Below, piece after piece: positions 36,866-49,900 of a DNA stretch of 64,000 nt. A program made the position numbers and the translations under genes. Location of the stretch: IMG/VR virus record IMGVR_UViG_651703002_000001, positions 96,001 through 160,000 of that record; one strand, written 5' to 3'. The notes beneath the pieces are model-generated. The model did no database searches, was not told the DNA's origin, and worked only from the letters and a program-made list of their open reading frames with translations. How positions within the stretch are numbered: the stretch's first letter is position 1; every line of letters begins with the position of its first letter. The DNA comes from a virus. Lineage: Duplodnaviria; Caudoviricetes.

Positions 36866-36979
36866 TTAATAATCCTTTGGTTTGTTTTTGTGTTTATCAC
36901 CACGGATCCTCTTAGAGGATTCTTTCTTATCTTTCATCACACATGGGCGATTGAAATTATTCTTAGCTACCGGATTCAT
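36866..36979 (-). CDS. Small basic protein like T4 Arn.1 (37 aa, not in ORF track)
   Basis: MNPVAKNNFNRPCVMKDKKESSKRIRGDKHKNKPKDY with AAGGAG RBS; syntenic with asiA. Confidence 0.7.
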   Translation of the reverse strand: MNPVAKNNFNRPCVMKDKKESSKRIRGDKHKNKPKDY

Positions 36980-37065
36980 GTTTATCTCCTTAGAAAATAA
37001 ATTGTGGGGATTTCTCCCCACCTACGAAACTATTCTCTCATATTAACTTACATAATGCAAGTATC

Positions 37066-37515
37066 TTATGCTGGAAGGAGCCAGAAAATTCCTGAGAAAG
37101 TAGCAGTAATTACAGCAATAACCAATATTGCAGAAACTACAATCATGACATTGAGCTTCTTATTTTGAGCTTCCCTATCATCGGTCGTCATATCTTCCCA
37201 TTTGGTAATAGATTCATCTAGATCTTTCACACCATCGATACCAGTTTCCAGATATACAAGAACAAGGGGGTTTTCATACGCCTTACCCAAGATCCCTACC
37301 CGATCTGATGCTAGATTATGAAGCTGAACCCATTGGAACAGAACAACACTCAACGCGCCTAGTAGAATTGGACCATACATACTAGATGCAAACAACGAAC
37401 CAAGTGAAACCGCGACAAAGAATACACCCCAAGAAACTAGAGAGTTTTTACTAAGTTTCTCTTTCTCTTCTTTAATACGAAGCTTTACTTTTGTAATTCG
37501 AGCCGGACTAACCAT
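37066..37515 (-). CDS. Membrane protein (~3 TM)
   Basis: Three hydrophobic segments. Confidence 0.7.
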   Translation of the reverse strand: MVSPARITKVKLRIKEEKEKLSKNSLVSWGVFFVAVSLGSLFASSMYGPILLGALSVVLFQWVQLHNLASDRVGILGKAYENPLVLVYLETGIDGVKDLDESITKWEDMTTDDREAQNKKLNVMIVVSAILVIAVITATFSGIFWLLPA

Positions 37516-37525
37516 TTTATCTTCC

Positions 37526-37966
37526 TTAGAATAGAGTAATTACATAATGGATACAAGATGTAAACAAAAATACCAAAATAACGTCAACGCATGTCAAAAA
37601 GATCATTGAACGATTCGCCAGACGTTTTACTTCTGAATTATCCATATTATTGATAATATCTGAATCAAGTGATTTAAATTTCATCATCTTCAATAAATAT
37701 GGGTGACCGTATTTAGGGCCAAATTGGATCTCTCGCTCTTTCCCAAAACGTCTATACATAATCAAATCTACTAACGAGTATATCAATGCAGCGGCAATAA
37801 AGAATGAATATGGTGATACAATACCATTCACAATTAGAATAATCGCAAGAATAAAAACAATCGAAGATGATACAGCGAAATTTCTCCATCCATATATTTT
37901 ACTACATTCTTCTTTGTACAAATTTGAAAATTTTTCATTATTAAATATCATTTTTCTTAAGCCCAT
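37526..37966 (-). CDS. Membrane protein (~3 TM)
   Basis: Same hydrophobic layout as the adjacent ORF. Confidence 0.7.
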   Translation of the reverse strand: MGLRKMIFNNEKFSNLYKEECSKIYGWRNFAVSSSIVFILAIILIVNGIVSPYSFFIAAALIYSLVDLIMYRRFGKEREIQFGPKYGHPYLLKMMKFKSLDSDIINNMDNSEVKRLANRSMIFLTCVDVILVFLFTSCIHYVITLF

Positions 37967-39293
37967 TTTTAAGTGTAGATAGATCTTTCAGATATTCTTT
38001 CTTAGAGTTTGTATTCTTCCAGTAATCGAGATCTGAAATTGCCTGTTCGTATTCTTTATTAAGACGCGCTATTTCGTCATCGGTCATGTTGAATATTGGC
38101 ATACCAACAACTTTGTCAGAAAATATAGCCAATTCCGGTTCCATCAATCCTTCAACCTGTTTTATCATAGCTTTCTTTGGTTGATTGAAATTAACTTTAC
38201 CATCGCGAGCTAGGCGGATGAATTCAACCCGAGCTTTAAGTTCCGGAATTTTTTTGGGAATCACATCAATCATATTTTGGATACGTTGATCCACAATAGG
38301 AAGTCGATAATTTATAAAATCTGCGATTAATTCGCGAGAGTGTTTATAAATTCTCAAATCCATTTCTTGAGTTACCATATTTGAATATGGACCAATTGTA
38401 ACTAGGGTAGGATTGATGTTCTCACGTAGATCAAATTTGGCCATGATATTTTCGTGAGATGTGTCAAAATCCCGTTTCAACGTTACTCGGAACGTGAAAT
38501 CACCCTCACCCTCAATCTCATCATAACCAACAATCTGGTCTGAGTCAATCAATTTATTCCGTATGGATACATACTTAATCCGGTCATAGCTAAATGGAAT
38601 ATCTTTAATTGTTAGCTTGGTTTTACCTTGCAACTCATAAACACCCTCGTTTGTCCATTGTTCATTGTCGGGAGTGTTTACCTTACCAATAAAAGACGGA
38701 TATTTAACTTTAGGATTATCACATTTACCAGTTTTTACATATTTTACACATTCATCAATAACACTGTGAATGTCATGGGGAGGAATGTTTGTAGCATATG
38801 CGGATGCAATACCTTTAACCCCATTCAACAAAACAAATGGAATAACGGGTAGGTAAAATTTAGGAATAGAGTATGAAACGATTTCGTTATCCAAAAGCAG
38901 ATCTTCATCTTTGAAAATATCATGGAAGTTGCTATTCAACTTACAAAAAATATATCGCGGTTCTGCTGCATCACGATTAGCACGGGAACCGAAGTTTCCT
39001 CTACCTTCCAACACCGGATAGTTGTTAGCGTATTCAGTTGCCATTTTGGAAGCAACATCAAAGGCTGAGGTTTCCCCGTGGGGATATCCATAATCTGACA
39101 ATACACCACACAAATAAGCATTTTTCTTGAATCCGCACTGGCATGTTTTAATCGCAGAATACAAAACGAATCGTTGAGACGGCTTTAGACCGTCAATCAA
39201 TGACGGGAGCGCCCGATTAACAATAACGTAGAAAGTAAATTCTTTCGCCTCGTTATCAATATAACTTGAAATAGAACGTTCAACTATTTTCAT
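37941..39293 (-). CDS. 52: DNA topoisomerase II medium subunit gp52
   Basis: NRALPSLIDGLKPSQRFVL, YPHGETS, GNFGSR, AAEPRYI (catalytic Tyr), LLNGVKGIA. Confidence 0.95.
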   Translation of the reverse strand: MKIVERSISSYIDNEAKEFTFYVIVNRALPSLIDGLKPSQRFVLYSAIKTCQCGFKKNAYLCGVLSDYGYPHGETSAFDVASKMATEYANNYPVLEGRGNFGSRANRDAAEPRYIFCKLNSNFHDIFKDEDLLLDNEIVSYSIPKFYLPVIPFVLLNGVKGIASAYATNIPPHDIHSVIDECVKYVKTGKCDNPKVKYPSFIGKVNTPDNEQWTNEGVYELQGKTKLTIKDIPFSYDRIKYVSIRNKLIDSDQIVGYDEIEGEGDFTFRVTLKRDFDTSHENIMAKFDLRENINPTLVTIGPYSNMVTQEMDLRIYKHSRELIADFINYRLPIVDQRIQNMIDVIPKKIPELKARVEFIRLARDGKVNFNQPKKAMIKQVEGLMEPELAIFSDKVVGMPIFNMTDDEIARLNKEYEQAISDLDYWKNTNSKKEYLKDLSTLKNGLKKNDI

Positions 39294-39528
39294 TAATACC
39301 TCTTTTAAATGAAACTCATAATCAACCAAAAAGCCGCGACATAGAAAATTGAGTCGCCAATTTTTCCAATAAAATGTTGATTCACAGATCGACCAACAAT
39401 CAAAAGGTGAATTTTTGTAAAAAAATTACCAAATCCATATGGGATACCCCAGATAATAAAATACAGACCGGCAACAATAACATCCCAACTTTGACTAAAG
39501 ATAAATTCTTTCATGATAGTTTCCTTAT

Positions 39529-39933
39529 TTACGAAGCCATACGACCGTGGATAATAAATTTGTTTCGAACCTTACCGATCAATTCATGACCGTTATTCAT
39601 TTGTCCATATTCTTCCAAATCAAGAAGATTCCGGACTTGATTAAACTTCAAGAAATACAGTTTAACACTCTTCCCACTCAAAAGATAGTCTTTTACTTCT
39701 CGGGCCTGACCTGTGCGTGGTTTACGTAGTCGGATCATAGTCTCCCCGAAACCACGGCGGCGTTGTTGGTTCCCTACGTGGGTAGCATACACAACCGAGC
39801 TGTTTGGTGCTGCAATAAAGTAGAAACCTTCTTTAAGAATATCACCAGTCTCTTGAAGATTGATACCAGTAAAGTTACCAACAACAACAGCCCCATGTTT
39901 AATAATCTCTTTAGTTGTCAAATTCTTTTTCAT
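39529..39933 (-). CDS. ndd: Nucleoid disruption protein Ndd
   Basis: LT.....GAVVVG, DILKEGFYF, VYA..VGNQ.RR.GF; syntenic with gene 52. Confidence 0.8.
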   Translation of the reverse strand: MKKNLTTKEIIKHGAVVVGNFTGINLQETGDILKEGFYFIAAPNSSVVYATHVGNQQRRRGFGETMIRLRKPRTGQAREVKDYLLSGKSVKLYFLKFNQVRNLLDLEEYGQMNNGHELIGKVRNKFIIHGRMAS

Positions 39934-40542
39934 AATTAATCCTATTAGCTCCAAAGGTATAGTAAGAATAACCCAAAAAATATACCAAGTACAGTAAAAA
40001 TTGCCGCATGGGGTGTATTTAAAAGGTCTTCATGGTCAAAATCTTCTACCCATATGGTACGACCATAAAACTCACTATAAACCCGTTTCATCTTCACGCG
40101 ATTCCCATGAATAACGACTTCACCATTATTCACATCAATTTTGTCAATAACATTAGACATATAAACCTCATACGTTACGAATGAAAAATACACCGTTCTT
40201 TACCAGAACATGATTAAGATTGTATATATTCATAGCCTGAGTGTCAACATGTTTTTTAACTCGATACTCAACATTTTTTGTATCACGGTTTACATGGAAA
40301 GAGTAAACCCAATCCTTAACCTTCATAGACAACACAACACATCCATCTAGATCCGGTTGTTGTGTATAACCATCAGCCTTTTTAATATTAATGAACTGTT
40401 CGATAGGAACCATAGCTAAAACCTCATAGGACTGCGTAGAATCGATTATTGGAATGAATATAAATAACGACTCAAGTTGATTTATAAATCAAATGGCGAG
40501 CGATAGAGAGTCCCTAACGGGTGTTCGTCTACGACTCACCAT

Positions 40543-40607
40543 TTCTAATTATAAAGTCTCTATTAATATATTATAGAACTTTATACTTTGATTACACTTG
40601 AAACTAA
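40543..40607. repeat. Third copy of the ~65-bp palindromic element
   Basis: TTCTAATTATAAAGTCTCTATTAATATATTATAGAACTTTATACTTTGATTACACTTGAAACTAA aligns in direct orientation with 6289-6353. Confidence 0.9.
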
Positions 40608-41071
40608 CCAATCACCTTTTTGACTAGGGAACCATCAAACATCATACCTTTAGAGGTAGCGGCTTTCTTACAAGCCCCCATGATTTGACCGATATTTGCC
40701 CCCTGCATAGAGTCAACCACTTCTTTGATTTGGGTTTCATCAAATACTTGTGGCAGATAACTCATATACATCTGGCGCTCAATCAGCAACATGGTGATTT
40801 TAGAGCATTCTTTCAAAACATCAACAGCTTTCTCAAAGCTGCGTAATGGTTGTATCACCCCAAGCTGTTCCAGAGTCTCATCTAGATTCTTCACAACTTC
40901 CGAACAATTTTTCTGTACATCTTCATCAGACACGACTGAATTATGACCAGAAGGAGATGCTTCACCGATCAGAGTAGTCAAGGCGTTGATTTTCATTTTA
41001 CCAACGTGAGTTGTACGTTCTTCAGATTTACGAAGAGTGATTTGGTCTTTCTTAATTTTCTCAAGCAGCAT
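40604..41071 (-). CDS. GatB/YqeY-domain protein
   Basis: LLEKIKKD, TLIGE, SDEDV, YLPQ, NIGQIMG, FDGSLV pattern. Confidence 0.8.
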   Translation of the reverse strand: MLLEKIKKDQITLRKSEERTTHVGKMKINALTTLIGEASPSGHNSVVSDEDVQKNCSEVVKNLDETLEQLGVIQPLRSFEKAVDVLKECSKITMLLIERQMYMSYLPQVFDETQIKEVVDSMQGANIGQIMGACKKAATSKGMMFDGSLVKKVIG

Positions 41072-44000
41072 TTATTACACCTTTAATATATTTTATAGTG
41101 GATTTGAGGACTTCTAGATCTTCTTTACATAATTGTTCTTCTACCCATGTAAAGAATATACGAACTTCATTTGCTTCCATTGCATTCAGCGGTTTCTGAT
41201 GCATAGCACGGTTATAAACCGCTTCCATTGCATACTGAGATGGATTGGTAACACAAACCCACTCTAGATAACGAGGGTAAAGTTCATAAAATTCATGCAT
41301 GTTCAGTCGAATAATCATGGCAGATCCTTTTTTAAATGGAGATACATTTTACTATCAAAATAAATTATTTGTCAATCAGTATCTTTCAGAAATTTTATAT
41401 CATCTTCCGCAATTGATTTCGCATTTTCCAAACGGTCATATTCACCCCGTAGAATGTTTTCTATTACCATTGCATCAATTCGGTCTTTCATATTCAGAAT
41501 TATATTTCTGATTTCAAACGCATGTTCTATGTTCATATTAAATACCCATTATTTGCAGGAAATGAACCCATAACCACCGGAAGAAGAACCAACCCACATA
41601 GCGGCCTTCCAGTTGGAAATGTGCCCACGAACATACTTAGAGGCACCTTTCCAGCCATTGGCCTTGTGGATGTTCCCATTTTCCAGATTAACAAACCAAA
41701 CCACGGATCCGGTAGTTTCCTCACGACCATAGTCATGCATCACGATGCGAACGAATTTCCGGCCTTTATCGTAGGAGTAGGAACGGCGGTTAAGGTTATG
41801 TTCGATGAAAGACGCTACGTGATCCTCGTCATAACGAGCCCGCATTTCAGGCAGAACACGATTAAACCAGTTATCTTCAGAGAAGGCATTCATTTCAGCA
41901 ACCATAACTTCGATTTGATTCATCATATTAATTCTCCTAATGGGTGTCTTGTCTCAACAGGGATAGTATCTCATTTCTACTTAGGGATGTAAACCCTTTT
42001 TACAAGATTTTTTGTCAATTTTAGTTCTGAAACTATAACGTCAAAATATGCCTGACGTATGTGATGATTGTTTAACTCGAATGCTTCTCCTATGAGAACT
42101 TCATATTTATCAAGAAGATCCCGAGCGCGATTTATTGCCTGAAAAGCAAATGTACTATATTCAAAGAAATATGAAACTAGTTCTGAAAAAATATCGTTAA
42201 GAAGCAAATGACCATTTCCTGTGTATTTGCATTCATTTTCGAAAACTTTTATTGCACTATCTATTTTACTGACGATCATAATTATTTCCCCAAGTTGATG
42301 TAAGCAGCACGAAGATTACCAACACAAATGTCAATATAGATACTGAAATTTTCAGTAATCTCTCCGTCATTTGCAGCACATTCTTGGTAGGATTCGTTCA
42401 ACTCTTCTATGGCCTTTGCTACATAATCTGATGACTTACATGGACCCATCATACACATAAGGTCTTTCATATTGCTGGCCGTATTTACGAAAGTAAAAGG
42501 TGAACTAGTTCCGCTGACTACTTTAGCGTTAACCATTACCAGTTCTGATTGAATATCCATAATGGCTTCACGAATAGATTGCATAGTTACTGTCATAATA
42601 TATTCCTTTTAAAATGAGGGGCCATTCCCCTCTCAACAAGATCCATATTATCAGAATGATTAGTGGTGTCAACGCTTCAATTCAACTTTTTTACAAATTT
42701 CGTCATATCGAGTCTTATATAGACTATGCCAATGCTTATAAACAGGATCTGGATGAGATTCCAGTTGAAATTCGATCATATCAAGCATCATCATAACATT
42801 ATCCAAAAGATATGCCTGATCTTCCAGATCCATAGGTGAAAATTCAATTCCTTGGTTTGTAGAGAAGTGTTTCATTTGAATACATCATCCATTGTGAAGT
42901 TGATAGAACCTAAAGCCTGTTTTATCATTTCGAGGGTTTTAAACACAGGAATAACCTCATGTTCATCAAGACCTCTGTGGCGGTACATATGATGACGGAT
43001 CATCATATCGATTGTACTACTGGTAATTGTCTTGATATCACTAGGATATTTTTCCCCAATATACCGTTTATATTCTTTAATGAACCATTCGAGGGAACGA
43101 TGTTTTGTGCGTTTCAAAAACTTGGTTGGGATTGAAATTGTCATTTCAGAAGTGATCCATACTTTTGTAAACAAAGTATAACCGACCATTTCCTCTTCTT
43201 CTCTAACAAATGCTTTATGTACAGAGTCCCCAATTGAAGAATTTGGTTCGAATTCCCAACAAGATATAATACCATCAATGTTTATCTCAATAGTACCTTT
43301 TTTGTGATCAACTACACAATATTCTGGGTTAACTATCTGAGAATCTTTATGTGATTCCGTCTCACCGATCCACACAACCCATTTACTAAGGAACGTACCA
43401 TAATGAAAATAACCTACTTTCATAACTATTCTCCATCAAATAAGCTGGGGGTTTAAACCCCAGCGATAAACTTACGAACTGCATCTTGCTCTTGCTTACT
43501 GAGAGACTTAAACGCTTTAATTGCGTTGTGTTCTTCAGAAGTCATTACATTAGCCAGTTCAACAGTTTTTGTGATTTCATAGGATCCATTGTCGAATGTT
43601 TGATAAGCATCTTCACCGATTACGATAGCATCCCCAACTAGAGTACGTTCCGTGTTGTTAGCAAGAATCTTTGTGTTAATTTCTTTAATCTGAAAGTATT
43701 TTACGGTTGTTGGAACCAGATTTGCATCAATACAATATTGTATTGCATCGCTTGGGCGAGTGCATGTGAAATATCCCAATTCAACCGAATGACCATCAAC
43801 CATCGCACTTAGATAAACCATTTTCATAATTCCTTATAGGTTAATTTCGTTATAACCAATTAGAGACAACTTCTTAGCTTTCTTATGGTATACCAGTTGA
43901 CGAATAAGGTCAACTTCTTTTATATGATTTCGGATATATACATCAAGATCCATCATAGAACTGGCGGAGATTTTAACACCATTTACAACCCGCCCCAATG

Positions 44001-46420
44001 GCATACATACGGTATCAAACACGTTAGTACATAAGGTACGTGCTTCTTGCCAAGATATATTTTTCATTGCCTTTTGTTGGACACCATGAACATCATAATA
44101 ACCAGTCCACCCTTTCCCGTTATTTGGAGAATAACCAATCAGACACATCATATGATCCATATGACCCATTACAACACCGGCACTAGGCCAATTTTCGAAA
44201 GTTTTCATTTAATTTCTACCCATTTATTATTTTCATGATACATCGAATCCGACTCTCGGAAGAACACCGGAAGATCTTTAAATTCTTCTACCAACTGACC
44301 AGCAATCATTTTCATGATATCGATACCCTCTGGATTATGACCGAGGGAGATATAAACTTTTTCACCTTCGTAAACAAAACCATCAACTTCCTCTTTTTGA
44401 GGAATTGAACACATAAACATACCACGTTTTCCGCTTTCCCCATTAAAAACGATATGAAAGCTTTTGAAATCGTATGAGTGAATTTTTGCAAACCCACCAA
44501 CACCTATCTCGGCTCGATTTTTTGCATGGATACGTTGTGTCAGTTGATGAACCACATGACCAATGTCAGTAATGTTCATGTTATGGTTACTAATGTCAAC
44601 AAAAATAGAAGAACTCACGCTCATAATCATTTCCTTTTATTTAATCAAAATTTCGTTTGCGTATGTCATACCACAACATTCACACTTCATTACCTCTACC
44701 AACTGATTATCTACTACTAAGATAGATGAAGTCAATGATTTTCCTGAGTGAGTACATACATTATAATCAATTGCATTGGAATCCTGAAACATCTGTTGAC
44801 TTAGTTCCAATCCAAGATCGGTTGTGTATCGGTCTGCTGATTTATGTGATATCGATACTTTATAAACCTGACCACTATCATAAGTGTTCCATTCTATGGA
44901 AAACCCTAATCCTTTCAACCTCTGACAATTTTCGTGTTCGTAAAACCGTTTACCATTCGCTTTAGAAACGATACCTTTGAACTTCAATGTTTTCATCATT
45001 AATTATTCCCTTAGATTTTAATGAACCAGAGTTTTGGATTTCTTGGTGATTACTGTAACATCTTTGTAACCATTTTTACGAACGCCTGAAGCGACCGACA
45101 GTGTTTTGTTACCGTTACTTGTGGCCGTTACGGTACGAGCCCAACGCTTTTCAGAAGTAGTACCGTTATCGGTCATCTTACCGAAAGAAGCTTGACGAGC
45201 GGCGGCGCGGGTAGAGAAGAAAACTTGTACGTTAGGCATGGTCATTTCCTTTTTCAATGGGTTTCGTTTCAACAAGGACAGTATCGCATTATCTGGTTTC
45301 GTAGTCAACTAACTTTCACTAATAATTTCAAAGAAATCATATTCGTCAGGGGAAATATAAAATTCTTCGTTTTCCCAACCGTGACCTTTCACATCTACAT
45401 GAAAACGGGAGAGATTGATAGGTTTCTACCATTGCTTTGTTGTGGTTGTAGACGCCCGAGTCCATACCATGTGTCATAAAGTTTTTCATACAACATTCGG
45501 ATTTGAATTTGATTTTCATAACAATTTCCTTATTTTTGGGAAAAGTAAAGTGCTGCACGTATATTCACACAAGCCATATCAAGATGGATACCACGAAGAT
45601 CGTTTTCGTAATAATCATCACGTTCGAAAACATTAAGAGAGTTTTCAATATCACCCAAGGCTATATCAATATACTTTCGGATTTCAGTATATCCACATCC
45701 AAGAGAGATATAGAGGTCTGACATACTAAGCATCAGCTCCCGATACGTATCCTTTGTGGCCTTATCTTTGTTCAATTTCACTTCCAACATCTTGATAGAG
45801 TCAAATATAGAACGGAGTGAAGTTGTGATATTGTTCATAATTAAAATCTCCTATGGGTTTCTGTCTACGGGATTAGTATCTCAAAAAATCTCACCCATAG
45901 CAATAGGTTTCTTCAAGAATTTTTCATATTTTTCGAGTTCTTCATATACCATTTGTGTGATGTACCCGATACTACATTTTCGGTTACGATGAATCGCTCC
46001 AGTAACACGTACATAACGAGATGCAGAAAACTTGAATGCTAGGTCTGGGTTTGTTCCATAAACCAGTGATAAGATCTGATTATGCTTAGTAGCGCCCTTA
46101 ACGTGTTGATGTACGAGCACTGAAAGCTGTTTTTTAAGTTCTGGGGTAGACTCAACAACTGTCATCATCTGGCCGAACTCTTGATTATTCAGAATTTCAT
46201 TATTAGTCATGGTAATTTCTCCAATTTCAATGATTAAACAAAACTATAACATAAATCCATAAAGATATAAACAATGTAAGAATGGAAATTCCAGTCAAAC
46301 CCCCAGAGGAATCCTTTTTTCCGGACCATTTAGATATAAAAACACCTATTAGTCCCAATACAATAACAACTAAGATCTTTATGATTTCAATCATAAGTAT
46401 TTCCTTCCTTTCAACAAAAA

Positions 46421-46450
46421 GAGTATCCCACGAATGGGATACTCAGTCAA
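46421..46450 (-). promoter_or_regulatory. Hairpin-embedded sigma70 promoter
   Basis: TTGACT-17-GATACT on minus strand; GAGTATCCCA/TGGGATACTC inverted repeat. Confidence 0.75.
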
Positions 46451-49183
46451 CTAGTTTAATCAACAAACTTCAATGTAGGACAGATTTTTTCTTTTCGAGC
46501 TTTAATGTAGGAAACTACCAAAGATGGAGTTTTCTTTTCGTTTGAACGGCTTGACTTTTTACTGATACTTCGGAGTTTAATTTTAACTTCTCCCCAAGAT
46601 ATTGCAATAAATACCAGAACGATAATTGCAATTGCAATTGCAAACACCCCGACAAATGGAGCTGAAATCATTGCTACCAAGCCAATATTGACAGCGAAGA
46701 ATTCCAAAATGGATACCCCGATACTAAAGCTTGCGCCCAACAGCAGAAGAACCATACCGGTTACGAGCATCAATCCCCAAACAACCTTCCAAAAATACGG
46801 ACACAGTGAGCGGGGAACCGTATCAAAGAAAGAATTAATGAAACGATAGTGCCAAGAGCTAGTTTTAATATTCATTTTTCAATTTTCCAATTTGTGATTA
46901 GTTTATCTAATGTTTTCATAGTTTTGTCTTTATGATTATAACCTATATAATCATAAAAATCCCATACACTATCGAAACTTATTTCTTGATTCCGATAATA
47001 ATTTTCTTCACCAATAGATATATTCAGCCTTTCATTATCATGATATTCAGACCTGTCATATCTACCGAACACCCCAGTTTGTGTCTTTCCTTTCAGGTAG
47101 TGATGATCATACCATCTATTAAGCATTCGTCCAACAAGACTTTCAATTGATGTTAATTGAACATACCATCCACCTTTTGGGTGACCATCAGCTATACGTA
47201 TATGATAAAGCTGGGTTATAGGATGGTCGTAAAATTTATATGTATATACTTTATCCAATACTAAGTTCCTTCAAAATACGAATGCTTTCATGTGTCATAT
47301 CAGCTCGTTGTTTGTGGAACCAATCTTCCCATAGGGTTTTACATTGAGCCGCCGCTTCGTTAGCTTTTTCCTCAGAATCAAAAACATATTGAATTTTCTT
47401 GAAACTTACATAAGAATCTTCTTCCAGTTCCCCAATCTTATCAGAATCCCTAGCAGTTGGTAGTCTGCGAGAAATATACACTCGGTCATTTGATACCTTA
47501 GTAACAAGCCGAGGTCTACCAGCAACAATCCCACCTACACATATTGACTCTGTAAGCACCCATTTATCAACTAGATGAGCATTCTTTTCTACTTTTACTT
47601 TATCAACCATTTTTTACACTACCTCAAAATTATCTGCGTCAGTTTCTTCAAGATGACCCCATTCACTGGTCCCAAGAGCAATCACCTTACCTTGTTCTGT
47701 TACTATGATATAATCCCGAGAGCAAATATCGATAGTTTCATCAACAACAGTAGGTGATGGATTTTCTAATTCATAGTTGTGAGTAAAAGCATATACCCAC
47801 TTAATATTTGGAAATAAGTCCTTTAGATTTTTAAGAGCATCTTTACATTTACGATAATGACCAATACCTTTTTGATATTCTTGGCTATAAAATTCATCTA
47901 CATTATCAAAATCCATCATAATTACCTTAAAATTGAATACTCGGTGAAACCATATAATGTTCTATTTCCATATGAGGGAAATATGTAATAACCAACGTAT
48001 CCACCCCGTTTACTGTTCGATCATGAATCGGAACCGTTTTGTTCATTTCTTTCCGGATCTCTTCCAAATCATCGTTTACTTGATGTGTCCGGCCTCGATT
48101 TTTTGGGGCTGAGATACTAATTGAGGGTTTTCCAAAGATACTTACTGTAATAGGACGTAATGAAAACCATTTATTATACCTCAAATGTCAAAATGTCATT
48201 AATATCAAAGGGTTCCAGACCACAATCGGTTTCAACATCAAAGTACATGAACAGATCCATTTCAAAATCTTCATCATATACCATTTCAAAACGCATCACC
48301 TTCCCACCATCAAGGTGAACAAGAAGACAATCATCATTTGATGCATCAATGAAATTAAAACCTTTTACATTATGAAGGAAAGCCAAATAGTTATCAACTT
48401 GCATGGGAAAAACCTCTTCTCTGTTTCGATAGGGATATAGGCTCATATCTAAAAACATAGGTCAATAACTTTTATAATTTTCTTCAATGACTGATGCAAT
48501 ATGTCGGATCAGAACCTGAGTTCGGTCATTTTCACGATTGAACTGGGTGATATCCCATAGAAAAACAGCTTTTTAGGTAGAGAGAATTTTCGAATCAAGA
48601 ATCCATCCCCCCTAGCAAACGTATCTTCCACAAAGAAATCGTATTCATCATTCCATATCTCGACTTGGCGAAGATATTTCTCTTACAAATTGGCAAAGCA
48701 GTTATTTCAACAGTCTTTTCACTAACCTACTTGATATGTATGTTTCATTTGAATAACTCAATCATAAGTTTTCTATGTGCCTCTGCGATTTTCGGGAACA
48801 AGGTTATTCATACGATGTTCATATAGATCGTTGATCCTTGAAAGAAATTTCATACCAACCCTAGACACTTTCAAATCTACAATGCAATCTTGATAAAGTG
48901 CTTCAACACTGCGAATTGTAGATAGATTTTCAGCAAGGTCATTCTGTGTTTCTGTATATTTGGCACGAAGTACCATTTCGTTTGTCATAGGATTTTTACC
49001 CTTAACCCATACACCAGATATCTTGTGTTTCTGTGTCATCACGAACGATATTCAATTCGCTCCAATCTCCAAGATCTCGGGATTTCTCAATAGCTTCTTC
49101 CTCAGAATCTGCCAAAACCGTTTGGGTTTGATAGCCACGAATATAACCGGAAACTTCTTTAATAACTACATACTCTTTCATTT

Positions 49184-49900
49184 TTAATACTCCACGGTAA
49201 CAATTTCACACATGGGACTAACTCCATGCCATTCTTTTAAATATCTTGATGTATCTACTCCACATCCCGGAGTCATTTCGATACCAGTTTGGTCCACAAA
49301 CTTTTTACATTTTGTTTCCATCTTATCGGCATATTGTTGTACGCCACTCAGACGGAATGGGGCACTCGATTGTGGAATGATGAAAACTCCAAACTCTGCA
49401 ACTTTACTAGCAGCCTCAATAATCTTATACTCAAAATCCGAACCGGTGTAAAGCCCTTTATAGTCTGAGGTCTTGATATTTCCAAAAGGTGGATTACTGA
49501 GTGCGTTTACAAATCGATCTGTAGTGGTTTCGCAATACTCTAATGCGTCCATCTGGATCCATTTAGCATATGGATTAACACGCTTACCAACCTCAATATA
49601 ATTTGGGTTGAGTTCAACGCACGTAACCTCATTATCACGGTCTAACCAGAAAGATAGACCACCAATACCAGCACACAAATCCACTACAGACTGATTACTA
49701 TTGATTTCGATACAAGTGTCACGGGATAACATGAGGGGTGTAAAGAATGCACCAGCCAAACTATTAGCTTGGTTGAACCCCTCTTGAAAATTTTGAAGGA
49801 TGAACATCCGTTCATCCCATTTTAGAACTTTATCACTATGAACCAGATCCATTGCCTGATTATGAAGTTTCATTTGCTGTTTGGATAATTTAGCCATCAC
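49184..49900 (-). CDS. SAM-dependent amino-methyltransferase, probably DNA N6-adenine type
   Basis: GAFFTP (motif X), VDLCAGIG (motif I), SNPPF (motif IV), gamma-type motif order. Confidence 0.8.
   Translation of the reverse strand: MMAKLSKQQMKLHNQAMDLVHSDKVLKWDERMFILQNFQEGFNQANSLAGAFFTPLMLSRDTCIEINSNQSVVDLCAGIGGLSFWLDRDNEVTCVELNPNYIEVGKRVNPYAKWIQMDALEYCETTTDRFVNALSNPPFGNIKTSDYKGLYTGSDFEYKIIEAASKVAEFGVFIIPQSSAPFRLSGVQQYADKMETKCKKFVDQTGIEMTPGCGVDTSRYLKEWHGVSPMCEIVTVEY

Noticed and set aside
48460-48750. Apparent non-coding gap in the early region
   Set aside because: Coding-like composition with frame breaks, consistent with an error-containing small ORF rather than an RNA element.
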